A stretch of DNA of 64,000 nucleotides, taken from contig CM082580.2 in the NCBI GenBank assembly GCA_040954595.2, positions 7,542,390 to 7,606,389 on the forward strand, written 5' to 3'. A program made the translations under genes and the position numbers. This stretch comes from Balanoglossus misakiensis. Lineage: Eukaryota; Animalia; Hemichordata. Below are positions 1-11,087 of the stretch, piece by piece; within the stretch, counting starts at the first letter, position 1; the number at the start of each line of letters is the position of its first letter. The notes beneath the pieces are model-generated. The model was not told the origin of the DNA. It saw only the letters and a list, made by a program, of their open reading frames with translations, and searched no databases.

Positions 1-494
1 AGGGGAGGAGGGAAATTGGTCCGCGCGAATGGAAAATACCTAATGATCAAATGCGTCGCCATGGCAATTACGTATCTTGACATTTTGCGTAATTCAGTGC
101 AAAAATTATGGAGAAAAGACTCGGCGGGGAATACTAGTTTGTTCCCGAACTGCACGACGTGACCAATTACGCACACCACATACATGTAACTTTTCAGATG
201 GATTCTGTTCACATGAGCGTGCAATTTTTTTTTTCGGAACTGACTCGACTAAGGCAAGAATGAAACGGTGACCGAGCAGAATTAAACGCTCCGTGAGGTG
301 ACTTTGTAAGGAAACATAACATCCGGAAACCCTTTGATAGTCTTTCTATAAGAGTCAGTCCCGTCCTCAAAGATTTTCTTTGAGGACTGACGTCAACTGA
401 AAAAACAACAACCAAAGTCAGTTGAATAGATCATTTTGGCCGATAGGGGGCGCCTGACTCGTGTTTGACGTTGCAATGTTGTCATAGCTGACGA

Positions 495-870
495 CAGGTT
501 ACAAATCCCACTCCCAGGTTATATTGTATTTTTTGATATTGGGCTAATGGAAAAGATAAAATATTACAAATTTCAAAAACAGACTAACAGACATATGCTC
601 GCGCGAAGTTGCCAGGTTACAGATAAACCACTCCAGGGGATACTTGTATATTTTTGATAGAATTTTATTGAAATAAAACAAAATATTACAAATTTAAAGA
701 CACACCTATTAGGCTAATACCTACATACTGAACTTGCATTAAATATATACGCACGCGCGAAGATGATCGGTACGGAAATAAAGCACTCCCAGTTTTATCA
801 GTGCGTGTATGTTTTTTAATAATTTTTATTGAAAAATGATGAAAGATTACATATCTGAAAAAACGCGTAT
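495..870. repeat. Degenerate ~120-155 bp tandem repeat, about three units
   Basis: Blocks such as caggttaca..cactcc(c)ag..tttttga..aaaatattacaaattt..cgcgcgaag recur at ~495, ~611 and ~768, with the third copy more diverged. Confidence 0.5.
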
Positions 871-3800
871 TAATTATATTAAACCAACAGTCTAAGGGAT
901 GGGACCCACCCGCACCGGGGATTTTATTTATGTCTATATAACTTACTTGTTACGAAACTTCATCCACTGGTCTTCATTCAGCCATGGAACATACAAACGC
1001 TCACCTCATTGTAGTCTAGCTGCATGGCCCAAATATACCGTACAACTTACCGTACACTCATGCACACACGCATTCACAACAACGAGCACCTTTCGAAACA
1101 TTCAAAGCCGATGAACTTGTTGGTGCCGTAACAAAAATGACCCATGCGCCGAGCATGCAGTCATGTTGGCTTTAAAACTTTAAAATGACATCCCCATATG
1201 GCATCCGCATTGTTGCATTCTTCAGATTTGTGCATCTTCGGTTCGCTGAGCTGGGTACCGGCACCAGTCAGAATCAGGACAAAATCTTCAAAATGGCCAC
1301 AATGAAAAAAAAAAGGCTCGGTCGATACTGGGGCTTTATAATGTTAATATCGCTTACTTGTACATCATGCTTGTAACATCATAGCATCCACGTGGAACGG
1401 ATAAGGACTGGCCTCGCGCAGTCGCATATTGAGTCATAACAGCTGGTCACGTAGGACTCCCCTGGTCTTCTGATCTGCAAAACAATACAAGAATGCATGT
1501 ATAATATTATAATACGAAATTTGCATTCGCTCACGCTCGAAAACACAATGACCCACACGTGAACCCGCTACCAATCCCCCTTCCACAGAAACTGTATCGT
1601 GTTTTGGGTTTACAAAAATCGGCTGCTCACCGGTAGCGCTACGACACCGACTAGTCTATTAAACGATGCATTGTTAGGCTGAGTAACGCGAAAGGGTGGA
1701 ATTTGTAAATTGAAACGCAATGAAACACTGACTCTCGCTGTTTGACTCAGTGGCGCTTGCTCTTTTTCAGTGCTCGTCGGATGAGTGGCTGGGTTGTCCG
1801 TAACTCGTCACAAAATAAGCTATAGGGCAGACATAAAAACTGTGAAATTGCGTCTACTGCTGTTACTTTACTTGCCTCGGCTTTTACAGCAATAAACAGC
1901 GCAGAAACTCTGTTGTTGATTTGAGTTTTCTGCGCTCCGCATCAAAACACAGGCCGACGTGCAGCAGCATGGCCGTCTACTTTGACGAAAATGCCCGGAT
2001 GGTTAGGCGAAAATTTCCATGTCAAGGTGGTCCAGGTGACTTGAACCAATCAGAAACGAGCTTGTTCATTCTTCGAAGCATTTTGAAAACAATTGCTTTG
2101 GCGCGTCTTAAGTCTTGTAACCCGCATCAAAAGTGTTGTTTCAAAGCTGTGGATGTTTCGGATTGTCGTTTGTTTGTCGTATTTTGCCAGACATTTTGAA
2201 TATCAAACGATTCCTCATCCGAAACAGTTCACCTTCCGTTATGAAATATTGGAGTCGGAGGACAATCCACATAATCGAAGCGCCACCAACGGCGAGAAAT
2301 CCCGAAAATTGCGCTAAGCTGTACTTCCCCAGACTATATTGCTAAGCTACCCGTTTGCGCAGCTAATTAGCCAGATTTTATCACTTTACGGCCTGTTCTT
2401 CCATCTTGACGATTAAGATTCTGCACACTTTTTGGGGGAATAGACCACTGTCTTGAATTATATATCTGCAGAGCGGTTTGTAGATCAAAGTCGGTGGCCA
2501 GTGTGGTACTGGCTCCGAGTTTCACGCAGTGGCGATCATCAGACAAATGACAGTTCTCTTCTCCTATTAGCATAAGTGTACATGTGTATGTGTGTGTAAT
2601 GTGTCACCGTGACACCGAACTGTATGTATGCTAATACAGGAGAAATCAGTGAACTGTCAGTTGTGTGATGATCGGCACTGCGGAGTCACAACCCCCCCCC
2701 CCCCCCCGGCGGTCACCTCAACAAAGACTTTGCTATAATATAAATCGTGTCGCGGTGCCCTTGACCTTGGACATATTCCGTTGCTCCACCCACCAACTAT
2801 ATTCTAATATCTGCTTGTCCTGCCTGTTTTCATTGTATGTAAATAACGATGACGTAGCAAAAAAAATACGTTTGATGGTCTGTGTTCTTCTAGGTATTTA
2901 TACCAAATCAACAGGCAAGTTCTTCAGCAATATCTGTGGCATAAATAGTGACGATGTAAATTGTGGTCTCGTTGATGATATCTCGGAATTCCTGCTGATG
3001 GAAAATACGTGCCACACTGTGTTATTCCCAGTGTATGACCAGACTGACCCTAACCCGTTCTCGCGACCAGACATGCGCACACTGGCTAACCGGCGGCGAG
3101 GTTGTGGGTCGTAGTCACACTAGAACCAATCAAATGCCTGGATTTGGGGGTGTGTGAGAGGCGTGACGCAGGCGGTATTATTCTGCTGTGCTTTCGTCAT
3201 AGGCGAGAGAATCAACAAACCCGCAACTGACAAAGAGGTAGGTTTTCATATTTCTGTCATTTTCCCCCGATTGATTCAGCCGATTTATAACATCGTATTA
3301 GAGGTTTTGCAACGTGTTAAGTTTGCAAGATTGTCAGTGTTAACCCCAATGATTTGATGACTTGATGAGGGGTGGGGGTGAAAAACGCTCGCGCGATCGA
3401 GACTGGCCTTCGCTTATCCAGTCGACCACAAAAGCCAGTGCAGCGAGTCTCTTTAATGAATTGACTGGGGCGACGCGCAAAAAAAGCCAGTTATGTATAA
3501 GGTGACCTTGAATACGATTTCCTTTGTTGATGCGATAGCATTTCGCCTATAGACAACAAGAGTGTTCATTTTTTGTACAAAAGAAGCCTTTGGAAACAGG
3601 AATTCAAGCCCCCGCTGTGGAATAGGAGATTCTTTAAAATGAATAACGATTAAGCTTACAGCGAGACGATGTTAATCGTTGACAGTCAGCAGGAAGGTAC
3701 TACATGTACTTCACAAGACCTTCCACTAGCTGAAGGCTGTTTTATACCGCGGGTTGACGTGCACGGGTTCAAACTGGGGTCGGTCAGTGAAAATATGTCT

Positions 3801-4248
3801 TGGTCTGCCTGTAGTACATAAAGGAAGTACAGCACTGAACCTATGCCAATAGTTGGTACCAGTGTACATATTCATAATGTAACCCTGTGCTATAAATAAG
3901 CGTAAGAGCCACACCCCCTTCAATTAGGCAACTGTGAATACAATGGGTAAACCTTGAAACTTACACAGTATCGTATGATTTCTGATACGCCGAATCCGAA
4001 TCCCTTCAGTTTACGGGCCGAAATCGCGGCTGTAGGCACTGGTGTTTGACATTGTATACACTTATACCAGTAATTTAGTTGGAAAATGTTGACCTTGCAT
4101 TGTCATTTCATGGGGAAAATTAATAGGAATTGATTGTGACGTTAAAATCATGTTGATATTAAGTATTAATGCAATTATTAACTGGACTAATGTTACAAAT
4201 GTACTGAACTATAATTATTTACCAAAGTGGATACATTTACATACTCTA

Positions 4249-4413
4249 TGTCTGTCTGTCTGTCTGTCTGTATGTATGTATGTATGTATGTATGTATGTA
4301 TGTATGTATGTATGTATGTATGTATGTATGTATGTATGTATGTATGTATGTATGTATGTATGTATGTATGTATGTATGTATGTATGTATTGTGTGTGTGT
4401 GTGTGTGTGTGTG
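4249..4413. repeat. Compound microsatellite (TCTG)n(TATG)n(TG)n
   Basis: Directly visible; explains the spurious YVCM/HTYI ORFs. Confidence 0.97.
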
Positions 4414-4952
4414 TCAGTAGTTACATAACTGACATACATGTATCAGATTTGCAGAGTGCCATCGAGAATTATCATGGTGAGCGGTTATGTAAAATGTATA
4501 CTCAATAAAACATGTTCAATATGGACCATAATCATGATCATGTGCAGTTGAATGATAGTTTTTCAGTGATCTCTGTAACTTTTTTATTGTTTTTTATTCT
4601 GACGAGCCGTGATTGGGAACAGGGCCATCTGCCGAAATCGCAGATGTGAAATATCCTTTTTGGCATTCAGTGATGCTACGACTGTGACATCTTTTTTGCC
4701 GGGTGCCAGTTGTTTTTAAAGCTTATTTGTTCTGTCTGTGTGTCACATTGTGTGTCACCGAAGGCTTCCCAATGTTTGAAAAGATTTTCTGTTTCTTTTT
4801 CGCACGCGTGTACCATTTTCAATAACGATATGAAGATTTCATTTTAATGTAAAAAAGAATCGCAAAAGATGGAAGGCGGATAAAGAGTGACTTTTGTTTA
4901 AAATGCTGTGGACTCGCAGTCACGTGACGACTTCCTCGACTCTTTCAGAAAG

Positions 4953-5780
4953 ATGGCGACGACGGAGAAGACGAGGTCGGTGCCGGAAGGCGAGAAGCTC
5001 AACATCATACTGTTGGGGAAAACTGGGAGCGGGAAAAGCGCCACGGCCAACAGCATCGTCGGGCAGCAGATATTCCAGAGCGTCCGCTCGCTGATGTCCA
5101 CCACCGAGACCACGGAGTGGGGTAAAAGGGACGGCCGCCGGGAGATCGTGGTGATCGACACCCCGGGACTGTTCGACACGCGCGACGACATGTCCCACAT
5201 GCGCGTGCAGTCGGAGATCAGCAAGTGCGTGGGCATCGCGCTGAGCCACAGCGACGGGCTGGACGCGTTCGTGTTGACGCTGAACGCCGACGACCGGCTG
5301 ACGGAGGAGGGGATCTCCAGCGTGCGCTTCATCAGCCAGCTGTTCGGCGAGGACGTCATGAAGAACATGATCGTGCTGTTCACCAGGAAAGACCACCTGG
5401 AGGGCGAGGGGCTCACCCTCGAACAGTACCTGAAAGACGCCCCGCCCTTCCTCAGGAAGCTGCTGGACGAGTGCGACAACCGGGTGATCGCCTTCGACAA
5501 CAAGAACGAGAGCTCCCAGGAGGAGCAGGTGGCCGAGCTGGTCACCATGATCGACAAGATGAAGAAGGAGAACGGCAACAAACCGTTCACCAATCACCTC
5601 ACGGAGAGGGTCAAAGAAATCATCGACAAAGACAGGGAGGAGAACTACACAGGGCCCAACGCTATCGAGGAACAATGCGTGGCCATTGCACAAGGAGACG
5701 CCGTGATTCTGCGGGCGATCCAGGCCGTCTTCATGCGGGTCATCTCGCACGCGCTGAGGTTGGTGTGGGGACAGTACTAG
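4953..5780 (+). CDS. GIMAP/AIG1-family GTPase (GIMAP4/7-like), single coding exon, ~275 aa
   Basis: G1 GKTGSGKS, G2 Thr, G3 DTPGLFD, conserved box RLTEE, G4 TRKD, C-terminal amphipathic helix. Acceptor tctttcag at 4941-4948 precedes ATG 4953; TAG at 5778-5780. Confidence 0.93.
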   Translation: MATTEKTRSVPEGEKLNIILLGKTGSGKSATANSIVGQQIFQSVRSLMSTTETTEWGKRDGRREIVVIDTPGLFDTRDDMSHMRVQSEISKCVGIALSHSDGLDAFVLTLNADDRLTEEGISSVRFISQLFGEDVMKNMIVLFTRKDHLEGEGLTLEQYLKDAPPFLRKLLDECDNRVIAFDNKNESSQEEQVAELVTMIDKMKKENGNKPFTNHLTERVKEIIDKDREENYTGPNAIEEQCVAIAQGDAVILRAIQAVFMRVISHALRLVWGQY

Positions 5781-7773
5781 TGAATGACCTCCAGGCACCC
5801 CAGGGAGAATTGGCCTGACCGATGACGTCAACGACGACCGATTCCCCCACAACCTGGAGATGACGACTTCGATCCAAATAACCCAGCTTGCTTGAGCTGG
5901 AGTACGTTGCGAGAGAGTAAACAACTCGATCTTTGACCCAGATGGCTGTCTCTTGCTATTGGATTGAAATGCCTGACAATGTTTTGCCGAAATGCTCTCT
6001 GAAGTGTAAAAGTACATAATAATTGCTGATAGCGAGTGAACGCAACAAGCCCAAACCGTTTGAGAGGCTGTAGACTGAAGTAACTATAGACATTAACAGA
6101 ACACCAGGGATTTCAAATATCACAAGTATTTAATTATTATGAATACACGTTCTAACGCCTAGAGATGAAATGATAAATATTTACGTGGACCATTCTTGAT
6201 ACCAGGACCAAGAAAACCAAGTGTGGCACTTGCAAAAATCATGTATATAGTTCACACTAACCAGTTTCACTTTTTATGCCATTTTCCTGCTTTTGATGGA
6301 AAATGAAACTATCACATTAATCGTTGATAATCAGTATTTGTGGATGCCAATGCAATGGCATTCACGTTTTAGTCAGGTGACAGGAAAATTAATTGTAGCC
6401 TCGAGTCTTGGGTGAATTAGAAGCCAGACTCCCTCTTTAACCTTGGTTCTGTATATAGTCGCCTGTTGTTAAATTGCCCTGCGTGTCTCGCGGGCGTCGT
6501 CATAGCAACAGCACCGGATTGTTTTTTTGTGTGGATTTATGTGAACATAAGAGGGTTGTTCTGTCTCGGGTGGCGCATATTCATAAATCAATAAATACCA
6601 TGCAATTTCACGTTGTGGTAGAGCGTGTGCGTCATTTGTTTTGCCAGAAGTGACTTCTGTTTTCAAAAGAAAACTGGAGTGACCTTCCTATGTCCTATAT
6701 TCGAGTGACATTTGGGTCGTCTGTGGGCGGGGACGTTTTATTGCGGTTTGATGTTCTTAATGCATTCGCCTACTGCACAGCAATTTCTATATGTGAGGCC
6801 AGACACGGTATGCGGGCCGATCCTACGCCATAAGGGTCGTTCAACTTGATTTTGTATGGCTGAGGAGCCTGGGGTAATTTATAAAATAAATTGTCGACAA
6901 ATCAATTCTTAAGCATTTAACAACCATGGCAATGGTTGGCTGGTTGATAGGCCCGCTCGATGTATGTGGAACCGTTTTATAAACCACTCGACCTTCGAAC
7001 TGTGGTTACTCGGTACGGATTTCGTCCAAACGTTATATAATAGATTACAGAAAGACTGAAGTCCGTCGAGGACGCGTGAGTCCCGTTGAAAAGTTCAGTG
7101 ACACCGTGTAATCTTTTGGTGCCGTTGGGGAAGACGGGAACGTGGCCGATGAAGTCTCCATTAGGATATGCATGGTGTGGCCGTATAATAGGTGCTATGG
7201 GTCCATCTAAAAAGTCCTGATACTTCTAGCACACTGCAGATTGGATGTCTGGCTGAATATCCTCCGCCTTGATTGACGTGGGGAGAGATTTATCTCAAGA
7301 GTTATATTATTGGCAGCGGTGCGGTCTAAAATTAGATTCTAGTAGTTGTTGCTCACGTCATCCACAGAGTACCGGGCGCTGTGACTGTCACCAAGCAACG
7401 GCTGTGACGTAAATTTATCGGCTTGCACGATAAAGTACGTAAGTTGTACTTTGTGAAGCCCGAAGCTGTTACCCCGTCATCTGTCAGTATCAGCTGTGTT
7501 ATGCATGGTATCCATAGAAACAAAACGATTCAACGCGATAAATACTTCTTCCGACCCGGGGAAACAAAAGGGATTAAAACAACATATTGTCATTGGAAAC
7601 GATATGAGAACCATGGATGAGGACTCACTCTAGTTTCAACCTAACCCTTTCAATCTGTATATGTCCAACTTCAACGAAATCATGCTGGTAGAAGCGTTCT
7701 TACCGAGAAAATAAATACATGTATGTGTAATATTGTGACAATGGATGGATTCTTGAGTGAGTGGGTGAATGAG

Positions 7774-7852
7774 TGAATGAATGAATGAATGAATGAATGA
7801 ATGAATGAATGAATGAATGAATGAATGAATGAATGAATGAATGAATGAATGA
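7774..7852. repeat. (GAAT)n microsatellite
   Basis: Directly visible. Confidence 0.97.
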
Positions 7853-8216
7853 TAGGGGAATTGGGGTGCTTTGCCGCAACTGTAAAAGTCAAATGATGCC
7901 TCTTTTTGCCCATTATTTTTTCAACCGCCAGAGATAAAACATGAAACCACGCACATGTTGATAAGAATCTCTTTCATATCCCACAGTTTCACATGCATCA
8001 TTTGGTATTTCAAAAGACCAAGTCGCTTAATTTTGTTATTGGGTGGGGGCTATTATAAATAAAACGTCTATCTTGCGAACTTAAACCGGCAGATTTCACG
8101 CCGTGTATTCCATACAAAAAGTCTATTGATATATCATGTATATTAATGTGTGTTTGTTTTACAGGAATGAAGAAAAGGTTACTGAGTTCAGCTCCAGCAG
8201 CTTGAATGATGGTAAT

Positions 8217-9098
8217 ATGGCGTCGTGGCGAAGTTTACCTACGATGGACTACTACAGGAGAAAGTCTCGGTTCAATGTCTTTCTCGTACCGAAGTCAAGC
8301 GTCGGCGGTGATGATCATGACGTCGTACCGAGAGGTCGGAAGTTAAACGTGGTTCTGGTGGGAATGACCGGCAGCGGCAAAAGCGCCACCGGGAATAGCA
8401 TTCTGGGAAGACGGGCCTTCGAGAGTCGGTTGAGCCAAAGCGCCGTGACGGAGACTTCGCAGTGGGCCAGCAGATCGTGCGGCGACCGCGAGATATTGGT
8501 CGTCGACACCCCGGGCGTGTACGACAACCGAATGAGCGCCACGTGCGACGGCATCCTGTCCGAGATCGGCGAGTGCGTTCGGATCTCGCGGCGGGAGGGC
8601 GGCGGCGAGGGGCTGCACGCCATCCTGCTGGTCGTCAGCGCCAACTGCCGCCTGACGGAGGAGCAGGCGGAGGCGGTGAACACCCTGCGCCGGTTGTTCG
8701 GCGGCGACTTCGCGAAGTACCTCGTGGTCGTCTTCACCCGCGGGGACGCGCTGGAAGAGGACGGGGTGACGCTGGAACAGTTTCTGGCCAGGAAGCCGGC
8801 CTTCCTCGAGAAGCTGCTCGGCGAGTGCCGGCACCGGTGCCTGCTGTTCAACAACAAGACCGCAAACGTCGGCAAGCAGAGGCGGCAGGTGTCGCAGCTG
8901 GTCAGGACGATCGACGAGATGCGCGCAAGCAACGGCTTCGTGACGTTCCAAGGAAACCCTGTTGGAAACGTGAAGGAGGCGGTTTCCAGTAATCAGAAGC
9001 AACAGCGAAATTTGCTTTTCCTCGGACTCGGTGAATACATCAAAGAGGGTATGCGAGACCTCGGCAGGTACTCAAACAGTGAAATCAAGACAAAGTGA
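8217..9098 (+). CDS. GIMAP/AIG1-family GTPase, second tandem paralogue
   Basis: G1 GMTGSGKS, G3 DTPGVYD, RLTEE, G4 TRGD, CRHRCLLFNNK. Acceptor ttttacag ends at 8164; first in-frame ATG after it is 8217. An upstream coding exon cannot be excluded. Confidence 0.9.
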   Translation: MASWRSLPTMDYYRRKSRFNVFLVPKSSVGGDDHDVVPRGRKLNVVLVGMTGSGKSATGNSILGRRAFESRLSQSAVTETSQWASRSCGDREILVVDTPGVYDNRMSATCDGILSEIGECVRISRREGGGEGLHAILLVVSANCRLTEEQAEAVNTLRRLFGGDFAKYLVVVFTRGDALEEDGVTLEQFLARKPAFLEKLLGECRHRCLLFNNKTANVGKQRRQVSQLVRTIDEMRASNGFVTFQGNPVGNVKEAVSSNQKQQRNLLFLGLGEYIKEGMRDLGRYSNSEIKTK

Positions 9099-9629
9099 GA
9101 GTTGACTTTAAACTTGAGGTTACCCAGTCTGGACCTGAAAAACGAAATCGGTTTTATCCATTAAATGTTTTTTTTACAATTTAGTATGGGACCCGATGCA
9201 AGATTAATTCTTGTAGAACTGCTTCCCTGGTCCTTACCAGATTTTATGACTGCTTGATTTTCGTACTTTTATAAACGAATTACAATGTATTTATTCTTGT
9301 TTGTGGACTCGTGGTTGTGAATTTCTTCTTCTGGTGAAATAAACATTTATTTATATCAAACCCCGAACTAACCGTGTTATTAACTCGCTCTGTAGCTGCT
9401 GTGGGTTCAAAGTGACCTGTATGTTGCAGGGACCAGAGAGGTCATATGAACCTGGCAGAGGTAATAGTGTACTATTATTACAATTGAAGAGAGTAACGCC
9501 ATTTTGCCTGGGGCTTCACTACTACTGAGCATTAACAGAGGATTTCTTGACTTCGGTGAGTTATAAATAGTGCAGACATGAACCCTGCCACACACTTACG
9601 TTAGATACTAGTATTTGGTGAAGTCAATA

Positions 9630-10513
9630 CAGTAAAACCTGGCAAAACCGACCCCTGGGTAAACCGACTTCCTGTGAAAATCGACCGATCTGTTTAGTCC
9701 CGAAAATTTCCCATTGACGCCAATGGTAAAAGTCACTCTGAATACCGACCACTGTCTACTTCGAACACCGACCGCGTTGGTCGGTCCCACCCCTCAAATT
9801 CAACCTGAATAGACCGACCGATCACTTTATTGTAAAGGTTGAAATCATGTCTTTGATCAAAAATTACCGCAACGATGTGCTAATTTTGGTTTTCCTGTCT
9901 TCCAAACAATAGTCAAAGCGACGGTTTGTCAACACTTCGTTAGCAATTTACTGATAAGTCTTCCCGGTGGCGAGGTGTGAATCTCTTTTTGTAAACAATA
10001 CAGTGTACAACCAACAGTGCGGCCACGCAGTGTTGACAAGGGCGGCGATTTATCAAACAGTACTGCACCGAGAAGCGATGTTCCCTAAAACAATCATCTC
10101 TCGACAGTTTTATGAAGAAAAAATAGACTGGATGTTGTTTACGACAACTTATCAGTAGTTTCCAGGAAATCAATTGCCCAACATTCTGCCGATGCGATCG
10201 TAACAATACCGTGTACGTCTTCCTGTTTACCCACTCAGCACGCGAACGAACTTGAATTTACTTTTTTTATTTTTAACAATTTTCAGAAATTACACTGTAC
10301 AGAAGTTTTTTAATTACCTTTTATTTGAAATATACATGAATGTACAACGTGTACATATCGTGCGTGTGTCTGCTGTGCACTGTGTGTATGAGATCGGGGT
10401 CAAAGGGTTCATGGGGAGGGGGAAGCCACGCCCACTCTGAGTAAACCGACCCACTGTGAAAACCGACCACAATGTGTGGTCCGAGGTGAGGTCGGTTTTG
10501 CCAGGTTTCACTG
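9630..10513. mobile_element. Non-autonomous Tc1/mariner-superfamily (pogo/Tigger-like) MITE, ~884 bp
   Basis: 24-bp TIRs CAGTAAAACCTGGCAAAACCGACC and GGTCGGTTTTGCCAGGTTTCACTG (one mismatch); TA on both flanks (9628-9629, 10514-10515); subterminal AAACCGAC repeats; no transposase ORF. Confidence 0.88.
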
Positions 10514-11087
10514 TACCAGTGTTTTACAAATACGTCACGGACCTTACGTGACACCGTCTCTGATATATAGGGTAGAACAAGACCCGCAGTATATAACCAA
10601 TACATGTAGTGTGGTTTTACTCAGGTGTGTGTCATTTCGGGCACAGTATTTTTTTCAGGCTCATTCAAGCGAGGCGGTGGTTTATTTTCGCACCACGAAC
10701 CGACACAAGTAAATTAGGGCAACGCAGTAGTCAAATAGGGAGTCTAACACGCCGTTAAATAACATTGTTCAATTACAACAACCACGTGTTACGACAACGA
10801 ATGATGTTTCAGCAGAGGAAGGGGGTAGCGAGGCGAAACTCCGTTGATATCGCACCTTCTACGGTAGATATTTATATTGTTTGTAAACTGACAATCGTGC
10901 GCGCAAAGACGCACCGGAGGTGTTTGAAAAGATTGCCGTCTTGTTAGATGATGTTGAAACTGATCACGCATATGTTGCTGGTGAGTATTTCGATCCGTGG
11001 ACCCATGTTCCGAAGTGTCAAAAGTCACGTTTTCATCCCGGCTTCTGTGCTTTGATATTTTCAGATTCTACATTTGATAGTAACAGA

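Noticed and set aside
55-68. RFX X-box-like palindrome GTCGCCATGGCAAT
   Set aside because: Imperfect match with no identifiable associated gene inside the window.
2478-2548. Hammerhead-ribozyme-like core on the minus strand (CTGATGA-TCGC-CACT-GCGT-GAAAC followed by a long hairpin)
   Set aside because: Position 10.1-11.1 is U-U rather than G-C, and no NUH cleavage triplet is placed so that stems I and III both close. At best a degenerate relic; an Rfam hammerhead cmscan would settle it.
4150-4508. ORFs with repetitive YVCM/HTYI peptides
   Set aside because: Translations of a microsatellite.
4898-9002. Long antisense and alternative-frame ORFs over the GIMAP genes (231, 365, 205 and 219 aa)
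   Set aside because: Shadow ORFs caused by GC-rich codon usage of the true CDS; no motifs. The same applies to ORFs overlapping the H3, macro, PAE-like and coiled-coil exons.
10920-11087. N-terminal extension of the UGT ORF in the ORF track
   Set aside because: Starts at a non-ATG codon and spans a probable intron (acceptor tttcag at ~11064); the signal peptide begins at ATG 11088.
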